From: an uncultured Verrucomicrobiae bacterium | GTDB lineage: Bacteria; Chlamydiota; Chlamydiia; Chlamydiales; Rhabdochlamydiaceae | Length of the DNA: 64,000 bases | Direction of reading: 5' to 3' | NCBI GenBank assembly: GCA_963718565.1 | Contig: OY970364.1 | Span: 416,001-480,000, forward strand | Shown here: one piece after another, positions 28,900 through 40,797 of the stretch | Position numbering within the stretch: the first letter of the stretch is position 1 | How the letters are laid out: every line of letters starts with the position of its first letter | Notes under the pieces: model-generated | Seen by the model: only the letters and a program-made list of their open reading frames with translations | What the model was told of the DNA's origin: nothing | The model's database searches: none | Made by a program: the position numbers and the translations under genes

Positions 28900-29165
28900 T
28901 GTTAAAGCTTGAATTCACCACTCAGTTTAAAAGAGACCTCAAGCTGGCGAAGAAAAGAAGAAAGGACACAAAGAAACTCGACGATATCGTGGAGACCCTT
29001 TTAAAGGAAAAGCCGCTTGAGCCAAAGCACAAAGACCATTCCCTTTCTGGTGACTATCAAGATCATAGAGACTGTCACATAGAGCCAGATTGGTTATTGA
29101 TCTACCTTAAAACGAAGACAACGATAATCCTCGTCCGCACAGGAACCCATTCAGACTTGTTCTAA
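28899..29165 (+). CDS. YafQ-family mRNA interferase toxin
   Basis: FKRDLK, DHSLSG, RDCHIEPDWLLIY and RTGTHSDLF motifs. Confidence 0.92.
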   Translation: MLKLEFTTQFKRDLKLAKKRRKDTKKLDDIVETLLKEKPLEPKHKDHSLSGDYQDHRDCHIEPDWLLIYLKTKTTIILVRTGTHSDLF

Positions 29166-29228
29166 AATGCGAAATCGATTCTAATGCCATTTAAATCGCT
29201 CAAGATCGATTTTTGACTCAAAGCTATG

Positions 29229-29713
29229 TTAATCCACACCAACCGAGTGGCGATCGTTGAAACTAGAGCCATCTAAAGCGTTAATTTCTTGTGTTGTGTC
29301 TTTGTCTTGAACAATCTCTTTGATTAAAGACATTGATTCTGCTTCTAGGCGTATAAAAATATTCGGAGCAAGACTTGGTTTTCTCTTTATACCCAAACAA
29401 CTTGAAAAATTGGTTTTTGACTGCGTCGGCAGCCATTGCCTTTGAGCCCGCGTCCATCGCACAACTTATTCAAGTTGTGCTGCTTCCGCGCCGGCTTCGC
29501 CTGCCTCAAATGCAGGGCGCCTTCTTGCCAAATTCCCAGTTTTTCAAGTTGTTTGGGTATAGTAGTTTTTTCAAATGTGAATTAATGGCGTCGACGGAAG
29601 TAGTATCGTCGTCTTTTTGTTTGCGGCGATCTTTTTCATCTAGTGGAAATACTTCCTGAACGAGCTTGATAATGTTTTCAGGTTGATCATCGTGGTGATT
29701 TTTGATGATCTCA
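29229..29713 (-). pseudogene. C-terminal fragment of a Pgp6/CT583-like protein, split by a MITE
   Basis: KIEIIKNH..LVQEVFPLDEKDRRK; removing the element restores HLKKLLKRKPSLAP in frame. Confidence 0.55.
29388..29561. mobile_element. TA-flanked palindromic element (family D/E)
   Basis: IR tatacccaaacaacttgaaaaa / tttttcaagttgtttgggtata; inverted near-copy at 47929-48102. Confidence 0.87.
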
Positions 29714-29759
29714 ATTTTTTTCGCAAAATCATCCAATCTCTTAAAACCCCTACGCAATA

Positions 29760-30044
29760 GAGGGAATTGCAAAACTAACGCGAAGCTGATTAGCTAAAAA
29801 TTTGTTCATGAGCGTTATCAAACAGCCTCTCCGGCCACACCTTGACTGGTAGCACGTACATTAACTTCCTTGAAGACTCTGGCAAAAGTTGAAGACCATT
29901 TCGATCCGTGCCCAATCAAGATCGATAAGTGATAAGTTTGGCATGGATCAAAATGGTCTTCAACTTTTGCCATGAGTTTTTAAGGACGTACTAAATAATT
30001 TCCCCCAGAAAATCACCCCGTTTTGTTAGTTTTGCAATTCCCTC
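29760..30044. mobile_element. Family-A MITE (subtype 2) with a degenerate nested family-B element
   Basis: Family-A TIRs with aata/aata TSD; family-B right end taaggacgtac at 29981-29991. Confidence 0.78.
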
Positions 30045-30143
30045 AATAAACACATTTCTGTTTGATTAAATAAAAGACATTCTGCAAAATCAGCTGATGT
30101 GGATTTTCACTGCAAATTCCAAATGCATATACGAGGAAATATC

Positions 30144-31223
30144 ATGAAAAAGCAATTCTATCTTTTTGGTTCCCTATTTTTGATGTCTGCAAGTCTGTTG
30201 AGCGCTCAGCAACAGCCAAACCGAAATGCGCCTTCACAACCAGAAACAGTGACTACGCAACCTAAAGCGATGATCACTCCTGCTGTCGCTCCAAAAGTGC
30301 GCAATGGCGCAGGACTCATCTTTGCTGCCGATTTTATCTGGTGGAAGGCCAATATTAGCGGGATGGAGTATGCCACTAGCGGGGTTGTCGATTTGGGCAA
30401 CGTTTTCGTCCCTTTTGGAAAAAGCACTAAAAAAGGGCACGTCAATCAGCCGAACTTTGATTTCGAACCAGGATTCAAGGTCGGAGCGGGACTGGACTTT
30501 GCCTATGATGGGTGGGACCTTTATGCTAACTACACATGGTTAAATGGAGACACCGAGCGCAATTCGATATCTGCGCATCGTGGAAGAGGTGTAACAGGCC
30601 TCCTTCCAATTGTTGATGTTTTTGGAGTCATTTTGCCTTTTAATAGTTTGAATAAAGCGCAATCCCAATGGCGTCAACATTTCAATGTTGTCGATCTTGA
30701 ATTAGGTCGTAACTTTTTTATTAGCCGTCGCTTGACTTTAAGACCTCATTTTGGTTTGAAAAGCGCCTGGATTACTGAAAAATGGAAGCTTAAGTATGTA
30801 GACAGCGATGTAGTTCATGATAATTTGCGAAAAAAACAGACGTTGTGGGGAATGGGAACACGTGCAGGTTTGAATACAGTGTGGCACTTTTCCAGAAATT
30901 GGGGACTTTATGGAGATATTGCCGCCACAGCATTGTGGAGTGATTTTCACGTCAAAGCTAAAGATAAGGAAGTCGTTGAGGAGTTGGGAATCTCTCCAAT
31001 AACTTTACATACAAAAGAAGTTATCACCGAAGTGATTCCTGTATTCGAGACGGGGTTGGGATTAACCTACATGGCCTGGTTTGATCATGAGCAATATGTG
31101 TTGCAAATTTCTGCAGGTTGGGAAGAGCAAATTTGGCTCGATTTCAATCACTTTACTGATTTCAACAGAGCAGGCAATTTGTCCGTGCATGGCCTGACAG
31201 TAAAAGTCGGTTTTGCTTTTTAA
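30144..31223 (+). CDS. MOMP-like beta-barrel outer membrane protein (Lpg1974-like)
   Basis: Signal peptide; FEPGFKVG, DLELGR, LRPHFGLK and AGWEEQIW motifs; C-terminal Phe. Confidence 0.82.
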   Translation: MKKQFYLFGSLFLMSASLLSAQQQPNRNAPSQPETVTTQPKAMITPAVAPKVRNGAGLIFAADFIWWKANISGMEYATSGVVDLGNVFVPFGKSTKKGHVNQPNFDFEPGFKVGAGLDFAYDGWDLYANYTWLNGDTERNSISAHRGRGVTGLLPIVDVFGVILPFNSLNKAQSQWRQHFNVVDLELGRNFFISRRLTLRPHFGLKSAWITEKWKLKYVDSDVVHDNLRKKQTLWGMGTRAGLNTVWHFSRNWGLYGDIAATALWSDFHVKAKDKEVVEELGISPITLHTKEVITEVIPVFETGLGLTYMAWFDHEQYVLQISAGWEEQIWLDFNHFTDFNRAGNLSVHGLTVKVGFAF

Positions 31224-31317
31224 TCTGCTCTAAGGATAGATCATCGTTGACTATTGAAAAACTCTTCTTTGAAAAGAGTTTTCCAAATCTTTTTGCAAGA
31301 AAAGAGTGAACGGGATA

Positions 31318-31418
31318 TATACCGAAATGAACTCAAGATTTGGTTTTTGGCTACGTCGGGCAGCCGCTGTGTTTGATCCCGCCTGCATCGCACGACTTAT
31401 TCAAGTTGTTTGGGTATA
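31318..31418. mobile_element. Hybrid or deleted family D/E element
   Basis: Left end tataccgaaatgaactcaag and right end ttcaagttgtttgggtata. Confidence 0.7.
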
Positions 31419-31466
31419 TATCTGTTCTTTCGGGTGTCGAAGACCTTTTCTTTTTTGCGAGATGCT

Positions 31467-32936
31467 ATGAGCCAAGAAAAACAGCCGCGTGGTCTTTATT
31501 TGCTGTTCCTCACTGAATTGTGGGAGCGCTTTGGCTTCTATACTTTGCAAACCATTATCATTCTTTACATGACCAAAGCCCTTCTGATGACGGATGATAA
31601 AGCCTATTTGCTGTACGGGACTTTCAGTTCGATGCTTTATTTGACTCCTGTCATAGGAGGGTATCTTGCGGACCGATATTTAGGATCGCAAAAGTCGATT
31701 ATCATTGGCGGAATTTTATTTACAATCGGATACCTACTAACAGCCTTTCCTTCAACTGACTGGTTTTTCGTCGGGCTCAGTGTGATCATCGTTGCCAATG
31801 GTTTATTTAAGCCTAATGTCTCCGCCATCGTTGGAGATCTCTACCGCCCAAGCGATCCTAGACGCGATGGGGGATTCACCTTGTTTTACATGGGAATCAA
31901 TATCGGCTCATTGATTCCACCTCTCATTACTGGTTATCTGATCAGCAAATATGGCTGGCACAGCGGATTCTTGCTCGCAGCTTTTGGCATGGCAATTGGA
32001 CTGGTGACTTTTATCACTGGCAAATCGCGTTTACGCTCTTATGGCAGCATGCCTGCGATGAGCCCTCTTCGAGATCGCCCAGAAGCGTTGACGTTCTATA
32101 CTTTATTTTATGGCGGAATCATCGTTTGCATTGGGGCGTTGCTATTTCTCTTTCGTTTTCCTGGAGAAACAGATCTTATTTTGACGATTGCATCGCTTGC
32201 AATCCTAATCGTTGTCATTTATTTTCTGCTCAAAGAAAAGCCTGCTCAGCGAAATAAAATGATCGCTTGTTTGATCCTAATTTTGATTTCTGTTGGCTTT
32301 TGGGCAATCTATAATCAGACTTTTACTTCTCTAATGCTCTATGCAGACCGCAACATGAATAAAGAATTTCTCGGAATAACCATTGATGCGGAGTTTACTC
32401 AGTTTTTCAACCCGTTTTTTATCGTACTGTTCAGTCCGATTTTGAGTCGGCTTTGGATCCTGCTACACAAAAACAAGCGCAATCTCTCCACACCTACAAA
32501 GTTTTCCTTAGGTGTTCTTTTCATGGCGCTTGGTTTCTTTTTCTTAGGGTGTGGAGGCGTCTATTTTGGTCAAAATGGAGAAACTTCGTCTTATTGGTTG
32601 ATGGGCAGCTATCTCTTACAGACCATTGGCGAGTTGCTGCTTTCGCCGATTGGTCTTGCCATGATCACGACATTAAGTCCCAAACATCTTGTGGGAATGA
32701 TGATGGGTGTTTGGTGTTTGACTCAAGCCGCAGCCTTTGCTATAGGGGGAGGGCTTGCGACGTTATCTTCTATCCCTACAAATACGCCAGCAGTAGCTGC
32801 TCTTAGAATTTATGATAAGGCCTTTTTTATCTATGGTGGACTTTCTTTGCTTCTTGCCATTTTAAGCTTCACTCTGATCCCTTACTTGAAAAGGCTCATT
32901 CATGGACCAGATGTCGTCAAAACACCGAAACTTTAG
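31467..32936 (+). CDS. Proton-dependent oligopeptide transporter (POT/PTR family, MFS)
   Basis: ELWERFGFY, GGYLADRYLG, FYMGINIG and ELLLSPIG motifs. Confidence 0.93.
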   Translation: MSQEKQPRGLYLLFLTELWERFGFYTLQTIIILYMTKALLMTDDKAYLLYGTFSSMLYLTPVIGGYLADRYLGSQKSIIIGGILFTIGYLLTAFPSTDWFFVGLSVIIVANGLFKPNVSAIVGDLYRPSDPRRDGGFTLFYMGINIGSLIPPLITGYLISKYGWHSGFLLAAFGMAIGLVTFITGKSRLRSYGSMPAMSPLRDRPEALTFYTLFYGGIIVCIGALLFLFRFPGETDLILTIASLAILIVVIYFLLKEKPAQRNKMIACLILILISVGFWAIYNQTFTSLMLYADRNMNKEFLGITIDAEFTQFFNPFFIVLFSPILSRLWILLHKNKRNLSTPTKFSLGVLFMALGFFFLGCGGVYFGQNGETSSYWLMGSYLLQTIGELLLSPIGLAMITTLSPKHLVGMMMGVWCLTQAAAFAIGGGLATLSSIPTNTPAVAALRIYDKAFFIYGGLSLLLAILSFTLIPYLKRLIHGPDVVKTPKL

Positions 32937-33005
32937 AGGGTATAATGGTCCCCAAAATTTAGACCACTGTCTAAGCTAATATCCTCCCAATGCGAGGAGG
33001 CCAAA

Positions 33006-33296
33006 ATGGCCAAAACAAAAAAACAATATTCACCGGAGTTCAAGCTCAAAGTAGTACTAGAAGTGCTCAAGGGTGAGAAGACAGCAACCCAACTCGCTGG
33101 CGAGTTGGGGGTACATCCCGTAGTTCTGTCGGAATGGAAAAAACAATTTATTGAGGCAGGACCTCAGATTTTTGTAAAGACCAGGAGGTCTAGGGATACA
33201 GCAGAGGGCAAAGAAAAGGCCGAACTGTTCGAACAGATTGGAAGACTCAAGATGGAGAACGAGTGGCTTAAAAAAAAATTGGGGGCTTTGACCTGA
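33006..33296 (+). CDS. IS3 transposase OrfA
   Basis: YSPEFKLKVVLE HTH and ELFEQIGRLKMENEWLKKK; A9 slippery run at 33270-33278. Confidence 0.9.
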   Translation: MAKTKKQYSPEFKLKVVLEVLKGEKTATQLAGELGVHPVVLSEWKKQFIEAGPQIFVKTRRSRDTAEGKEKAELFEQIGRLKMENEWLKKKLGALT

Positions 33297-34117
33297 ATGA
33301 AAAACGGGCACTCATTGAACCTCACGATATCAAATTTTCCCAAAGAGCACAGTGTAAGCTCCTCGGAGTATGTCGATCTGGATTGTACTACGAGCCACAG
33401 CAGCCTGGTGAAGAAGACTTGCGACTCATGTGCGCAATCGACAAACAGTACCTCGAAACCCCCTATTATGGGAGGCGTCGAATGACAGTGGCAATGAGAA
33501 AACTAGGATTTGTCGTGGGACAGAAAAAAGTGCGAACAGCGATGCAGGTGATGGGGATAGAGGCGATCTATCCAAAGCCGAACCTGAGCGCTGGGAATAA
33601 ACAGCATAAAAAGTTCCCGTATTTACTGAGGGGCCTAATTGTTGATCGTTCCGATCAAGCTTGGGCAGCTGACATCACTTACATTCCATTAACAAAAGGA
33701 TTCGGATATCTGTTTGCAATCATAGACTGGTATAGTCGGTACGTGATTGAGTGGGAGCTCTCAAATCTGCTTGATACAGAATTTTGCATGGAGGCATTGC
33801 AAAGGAGTCTTTGGCAAAAAAGACCTGAGATATTTAATACTGATCAAGGTGTGCAGTTTACGAGTAGTCAATTCACCGGGAAACTTGAAGAGAATGGGAT
33901 TAAAATCAGTATGGACGGGAAGGGTCGAGCTCTTGATAACGTGTTTATTGAGAGGCTGTGGAGAAGCGTGAAGTATGAAGAAATTTACCCGAAAGGATAC
34001 GAGAGCATGAAAGAGGTTCGATCGGGGCTGAAAAAGTACTTTGAGTTTTACAACAACAAGCGACCCCATCAGGGTCTCGATTATCGAACCCCAGCAGAGG
34101 TGTATTATGGGACATAA
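33269..34117 (+). CDS. IS3 transposase OrfB, reached by a -1 frameshift
   Basis: The -1 frame continues KIGGFDLNEKRALIEP..QCKLLG; WAADITY, FNTDQG and IERLWRSVKYE form the DDE core. Confidence 0.88.
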
Positions 34118-34489
34118 GAAAAAGAAAGGGGCTTTGCCCCTTGAACCCCAGCAAAGGGCTGACTGCCCTTTGCAAACCCGTGGGCTTTTGTATAGGGCCC
34201 TGGGAGTTAGATTAAACAACAGAGGAGATTAGCTTAGATTTCTCGATTTTTGGTCTAGACAAAAGGAACCACTTTAGGGAATTGCAAAACTCCTCGCCAG
34301 CAGAAAATCAACGCAGAGACGCAACGTCGCGGAGACGCAAAGGGGGAATTATAGTGGACCCCATCAGCTTATGGGTAATAAGATGCGTATGCGTGCCCAT
34401 GCCCGATAATGGGAGGAAGCACTTTTCGGGCACGGGCAAGGGCACGCACACGGGCACGAAGAAGAGGTCTAATAAACCCAAAACTCAGG

Positions 34490-35248
34490 TTATTCAGGTT
34501 CCCCAACTTCGCCGAATAACCCTTTGAAAGGGGATAGGAATTGCTGAACTGGGTTGGCAGGTTGATTCATCAACTCTTGAAGCATGTTTTTAAGGTTTTC
34601 TTTAATGAAAACTTGCTTGAGCATTTCGCCAAGTACAGAATTAGTAATTTGGTCCATAGGAAGTCCACCCTCGCTGCTGATCTCAGTGAGCTCCATTCGG
34701 GGAATCGTAGGTAATTTTCTGACCTTCCCACCCTCTTTTTTATAAACGACATCGACGTTGATATTCGTGAGAACAATGCGATGGATGAGGACTGATCGTT
34801 CTGTGCCTTGAGGGGGAGTTTCTCCCTTTTTCTTGTTGACTTGGCCAGCTGTCGACGATTGAATATTATTCATAATCGTCGTCCAATTACCTTTTGTACT
34901 TGATGCTGACTCAAATTCGAGGCCGAGATAAACATCGTTTAAATCGATCTCGTCGATCACAATATGCTTATTGAGATAGCGTGTGAATGGTGCATTGACA
35001 TCAATTTCATTGCAAGAAAAGGCTTTGGATAACATGGAATTAGGGGGATTGCCAATTTCAATCTTTTTTAAATCGATTTTTCCCCATCCCAGGCCAATGC
35101 TGTCAATGGCAACAGACACTTTCATTTTTTTGGAAAGATTGTTAGCTAACATATCAGGGACCCTTGACCACAAAACGAAGCCCGCAATCACAGCGGCCAA
35201 AATAATAATGACGATTAGGCCGGCAAGGGTGGAGAAAAAAACCTTCAT
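34490..35248 (-). CDS. AsmA-like (DUF748-like) membrane-anchored protein
   Basis: N-terminal TM; IEIGNPP and NWTTI motifs in a beta-rich segment. Confidence 0.6.
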   Translation of the reverse strand: MKVFFSTLAGLIVIIILAAVIAGFVLWSRVPDMLANNLSKKMKVSVAIDSIGLGWGKIDLKKIEIGNPPNSMLSKAFSCNEIDVNAPFTRYLNKHIVIDEIDLNDVYLGLEFESASSTKGNWTTIMNNIQSSTAGQVNKKKGETPPQGTERSVLIHRIVLTNINVDVVYKKEGGKVRKLPTIPRMELTEISSEGGLPMDQITNSVLGEMLKQVFIKENLKNMLQELMNQPANPVQQFLSPFKGLFGEVGEPE

Positions 35249-35266
35249 ATTATCCTCATCAACTCT

Positions 35267-35448
35267 GAGGGAATTGCAAAACTCTTCGCCGCATAAAATC
35301 GCGCTTTTGGCACACGTCGCCTTGGCGGCAGCTCTCCTATTTATCCAAGTATGCTTTCGCCGCCGCCAACCGAACCCGCTATGCGGGTTCTAGCAACAGG
35401 TGCCAAAATCATCGATTTTCTGCTGGCGAAGAGTTTTGCAATTCCCTC
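35267..35448. mobile_element. Family-A MITE (182 bp)
   Basis: TIRs gagggaattgcaaaactcttcgcc / ggcgaagagttttgcaattccctc; TSD ctct/ctct. Confidence 0.88.
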
Positions 35449-35498
35449 CTCTTTTATTTTTTAAAGTATTTAAAAAAAAGATTTTCATCAAGAGAAGT

Positions 35499-35533
35499 AA
35501 AAAAGGCGCTCGAATGGAGCGCCCTTATTTTTT
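35499..35533 (-). terminator. Rho-independent terminator of groESL
   Basis: aaaaaa-ggcgctc-gaatg-gagcgcc downstream of groEL. Confidence 0.75.
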
Positions 35534-35551
35534 CTTTAAGGAGAAATCGGT

Positions 35552-37177
<1,626 letters not shown>

Positions 37178-37195
37178 TCAAAACTCCCTTAAGGC

Positions 37196-37504
37196 TTAGT
37201 TGATAATTGCAATGATGTCATCGGCGCGTAAAATGACGAATTCCTCATCATCGATCGTCACTTCTTGTCCGGAATATTTATCCATCAGGATTGTATCCCC
37301 CGCTTTGACGGGGATAGGGATCTCTTTACCTTCTGCTGTTGTGGCGCCTGTCCCAATTGCGACTACTTTTGCAGTTTCTTGTTTTTTCTTCGCTGTATCG
37401 GGAAGAATAATGCCGCCTCTCAATGTTTCTTCTTGTTCAATGCGGTGGACAAGAACTCGATTTCCAAGAGGCTTGAGTGTCAGTTTCTTGGTAGTTTGTG
37501 CCAT
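37196..37504 (-). CDS. groES: Co-chaperonin GroES
   Basis: LKPLGNRVLV and GGIILPDTAKKK motifs. Confidence 0.97.
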   Translation of the reverse strand: MAQTTKKLTLKPLGNRVLVHRIEQEETLRGGIILPDTAKKKQETAKVVAIGTGATTAEGKEIPIPVKAGDTILMDKYSGQEVTIDDEEFVILRADDIIAIIN

Positions 37505-37611
37505 CTTTTCATCTCCTTTTTTAAGAAATGTCCCTTAAACCTTATTCCTATTCTATTAAATAGAAATTTACCCACATTGTATGCCCTAGGTGGATTTTTG
37601 ACAAGGAGAAA

Positions 37612-37638
37612 TTAGCAGATCGGGGCTTTGAGTGCTAA
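37612..37638 (-). promoter_or_regulatory. CIRCE (HrcA operator)
   Basis: Minus strand TTAGCACTC-N9-ATCTGCTAA upstream of groES. Confidence 0.85.
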
Positions 37639-37684
37639 GCAGGTATGAAAAATATTTTTAACCTGAATAATGGGTTTGATTGCC

Positions 37685-38046
37685 TCAAAATCTACGACAA
37701 TCTACAGCAATTGTAACAAGCTGCTGCTGCTTTTCCGTCAACGGATCAAGCTGTTCTTCCAGCTGAGGAAAAAGTGTTTCTTGAATTTTGCTCCAATACT
37801 GTGATAACGTAGCTGTCAATTGACTCATTTGAGTTGTTCCTTTGGCTGATGTGGTGTGTTTTCCAAGAGGACATCATATCAGCCATAAGGATTTTTGCAT
37901 TGGTAAATGGAGGCAGAATCGCAGCCATTTTTCTAGCGAATTGCGAGATTGACAAAACGGGGTGATTTTCTGGGGGAAATTATTTAGCTAATCAGCTTAA
38001 TCTCCCCCAGGAAATCACCCCGTTTTGTTAGTTTTGCAATTCCCTC
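37685..38046 (-). mobile_element. Left end and truncated transposase 5' region of the family-A parent IS
   Basis: TIR at 38046, internal hairpin, RBS and ATG at 37828; reads MSQLTATLSQYWSKIQETLFPQLEEQLDPLTEKQQQLVT then breaks off. Confidence 0.75.
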
Positions 38047-38071
38047 TAAATTCATCAGGAGTATAGAAATT

Positions 38072-39910
38072 ATGACAGCCGCCCAATCCTCCATGCCTAT
38101 AGAAAGGACACAAGAGCGTACTGAAACTGCAAAAAAATATCATTGGAACGTAGAAGCGCTCTACCCTTCTTGGGAGGCTTGGCAGCAAGATCTAGAAATG
38201 TGGGGAAGAGAAGAGAAAGAACCTCATTGGCCGGAATTGATCCCTTTTCGTCAAATTTGGATGCAAAAACCTGAGAATCTTAAGGCACTCATTGCACTTT
38301 GCTTGGATATTGATCGCCATCTTTCCAAACTTTATACCTATGCGCATTTGCGCCATGACGAGGATGTTGCAGAAGAAACGGCAAAAAAGGCGCATTCGCG
38401 GGTTGTTTCATTGCTTTACGCATTCCGTCAAGAAACAGCCTGGATTGAGCCTGAGATGTTACAACTTCCTGAAGAAGCATTGAACAAGATCATCCAATCT
38501 CCTATCCTTAAAGATTATGCTTTTTATCTTGAAAAGATTGTGCGTCTAAAAAAGCATACATTGCCGGCTCCTGAAGAAGAACTGTTGGCGATGGCAGGAA
38601 AGTCCTTGGAAACGGCCTCTCAGGCTTTTGGCGCATTTAATAATGCAGATTTAAAATTTCCCTCCATTGAAGACAGTCAAGGAAAAATCCGCGAGCTTAC
38701 CCATGGAAAATATTTGCTTTATTTGCGTGATAAGGATCGCAAATTGCGTGAAGGGACTTTTAGATCTTTACATCAGAGTTTTGCCGCGTTTGAAAATACG
38801 CTATGCGAGCTATTATCAGGGCAAATTCAACGCCACGTTCTAGAAATGCGGGCCCGTAAGTACGCATCTTGCCTCGAAACGGCTTTGTTCCCCAATCAAA
38901 TCGACGTTAAGGTCTATTCAGCGTTGATCCAGGCAGTTCGCGCCCATCTTCCCGCCCTGCATCGTTATATGTATTTGCGTAAAGAGGCGATGGGTTTGAG
39001 CCAATTGCATCTTTTCGACCTCCATGTTCCCCTCGTTAAAGAGGTTGAGATGGGAATGTCTTATGAAGATGCCACAAAATTGATTGTCGAATCCGTGACT
39101 ATATTAGGGGAAGATTATCAACGCGCTTTAAATCAGGGGTTGACGCAAGAGCGTTGGGTAGATCGTTACGAGAATGCCCGCAAGAGATCGGGTGCTTATT
39201 CCAGCGGTTGCTACGACAGCATGCCTTATATCCTAATGAATTATCAAGGCACCTTTAGTGACGTGATGACTTTGACTCATGAAGCAGGCCACAGTATGCA
39301 TTCATTGCTGAGTCGTCGCAACCAGCCTTATCATTATTCTCAATATTCTATTTTTGTCGCAGAGGTGGCATCGACATTTCACGAAGAGCTTTTTTTGCGC
39401 CATCTTCTCACTCAAGTCAAGAGCAAGGAGCAGAAAGCGTTTTTGATCAATCAAAAGTTAGACGATATGCGAGCGACTTTGCTTCGTCAAACGATGTTTG
39501 CTGAATTTGAACTTAAGCTTCATCATTTCGCCGAACAGGGGGCACCCCTAACTCCTGCTTTGCTCAAGACAGAATATCGCAAACTTAACGAGGAGTACTT
39601 CGGCCCTGATGTTTACATAGACGAAGAGGCGGATATCGAATGGGCTCGCATCCCACATTTTTATTACAATTTTTATGTGTATCAATATGCGACAGGAATT
39701 AGTGCGGCTCATGCTTTAGTCGATAAAGTATTGAAAGGGGGAGAAAAGGCTAGAGAAGATTACTTAAAGTTTTTATCTTCAGGTTGCAGTCGATATCCCA
39801 TCGAAGTGCTCGAACTTGCCGGAGTGGATATGCGCACGCCGCAACCTGTGGAGTCTGCTATGCGGCACTTTGATGAGCTAGTGTCAGAGCTTGCTGAACT
39901 ACTGCGCTAG
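38072..39910 (+). CDS. pepF: Oligoendopeptidase F
   Basis: KRSGAYS, THEAGHSMH, FVAEVAST and WARIPHFY motifs. Confidence 0.95.
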   Translation: MTAAQSSMPIERTQERTETAKKYHWNVEALYPSWEAWQQDLEMWGREEKEPHWPELIPFRQIWMQKPENLKALIALCLDIDRHLSKLYTYAHLRHDEDVAEETAKKAHSRVVSLLYAFRQETAWIEPEMLQLPEEALNKIIQSPILKDYAFYLEKIVRLKKHTLPAPEEELLAMAGKSLETASQAFGAFNNADLKFPSIEDSQGKIRELTHGKYLLYLRDKDRKLREGTFRSLHQSFAAFENTLCELLSGQIQRHVLEMRARKYASCLETALFPNQIDVKVYSALIQAVRAHLPALHRYMYLRKEAMGLSQLHLFDLHVPLVKEVEMGMSYEDATKLIVESVTILGEDYQRALNQGLTQERWVDRYENARKRSGAYSSGCYDSMPYILMNYQGTFSDVMTLTHEAGHSMHSLLSRRNQPYHYSQYSIFVAEVASTFHEELFLRHLLTQVKSKEQKAFLINQKLDDMRATLLRQTMFAEFELKLHHFAEQGAPLTPALLKTEYRKLNEEYFGPDVYIDEEADIEWARIPHFYYNFYVYQYATGISAAHALVDKVLKGGEKAREDYLKFLSSGCSRYPIEVLELAGVDMRTPQPVESAMRHFDELVSELAELLR

Positions 39911-40572
39911 GGAAGGGGAAGCGCAGAAGGCGGAGTCACAATCATTTGTCGCCATCTATCCGCCAATTCTAGCGTGTTTGGCATACCGTCCTGTTTCAGT
40001 GAAAGCCATGTATGCTCAGCGAGTGCTAACACATCCTTGCTATCCTTATTGTACAGCCTGTAGGAAGGGTTTACGCTGCTCAAGGGAATCGAAAAAACAG
40101 GTTTGCCATCAAAGGCCATTCCCAATACTTCTTGCTGATCTGATAACTCTTTCCCAAGTTTAGGATGGATGTATAACGTTGTTCTCAGTTTGTCATAAAT
40201 AAACAATGTAGCGTTGCCTAGAATAGGCACTAATGGGATGATGCCGCGCACACCATTTTTAAATGCATTCCAAAATTCGCTGTTTTTATTGAAGCAAGTT
40301 TTCTCCCAAATTTCCAGAAACATGACTTTAGTTGCTTCTATGATTCTGGTAACAGCATGCAAAAAGTTAAGAGGAGAATAGCCCATTGAATTCTCAACTT
40401 GTTCGTCCACGACTTCTACATGGCCTCTAGCCTTTAAGAAAATAGTGACGACATCCGGTCGATATGGAGTCCCAGTATAACACCCGTGATATTTAGTATA
40501 GTCTAAAGGTGGATTAGTAAAGTCTAAAGGCGCCAAGTAGTTGTTAGAATTTGTTTGAGTTATTGTTGTCAT
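39907..40572 (-). CDS. Hypothetical protein (chlamydial effector-like)
   Basis: Open frame; likely start MTTITQTNS after a gagg RBS; RGIIPLVPILGN hydrophobic motif. Confidence 0.55.
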   Translation of the reverse strand: MTTITQTNSNNYLAPLDFTNPPLDYTKYHGCYTGTPYRPDVVTIFLKARGHVEVVDEQVENSMGYSPLNFLHAVTRIIEATKVMFLEIWEKTCFNKNSEFWNAFKNGVRGIIPLVPILGNATLFIYDKLRTTLYIHPKLGKELSDQQEVLGMAFDGKPVFSIPLSSVNPSYRLYNKDSKDVLALAEHTWLSLKQDGMPNTLELADRWRQMIVTPPSALPLP

Positions 40573-40797
40573 TTTAACCTCGCATGAATAATTGAAAAAT
40601 ATTCGGAACATTATTGCGCTTAGCCTGTTATAAGCAAATAGAAATGTTTTTTTAGGATGTTCTCTGAATGCGCGGAGTTCTCTCCGGAAATGCCGTGTTT
40701 GATTTCTTAATTTTTTTTAAAAATCATGTTGCAAAAAAATAAATAGAGCGGTATCTCCTTTTGAGGATATTTTAAGACAATCTATTGCCGCTAGACA

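Larger units (their letters stand above)
32941..34276 (+). mobile_element. IS3-family insertion sequence, apparently intact
   Basis: Imperfect IRs tataatggtcccc..tagacca / tggtcta..ggaaccacttta; 3-bp TSD ggg; orfA/orfB organisation. Confidence 0.88.
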
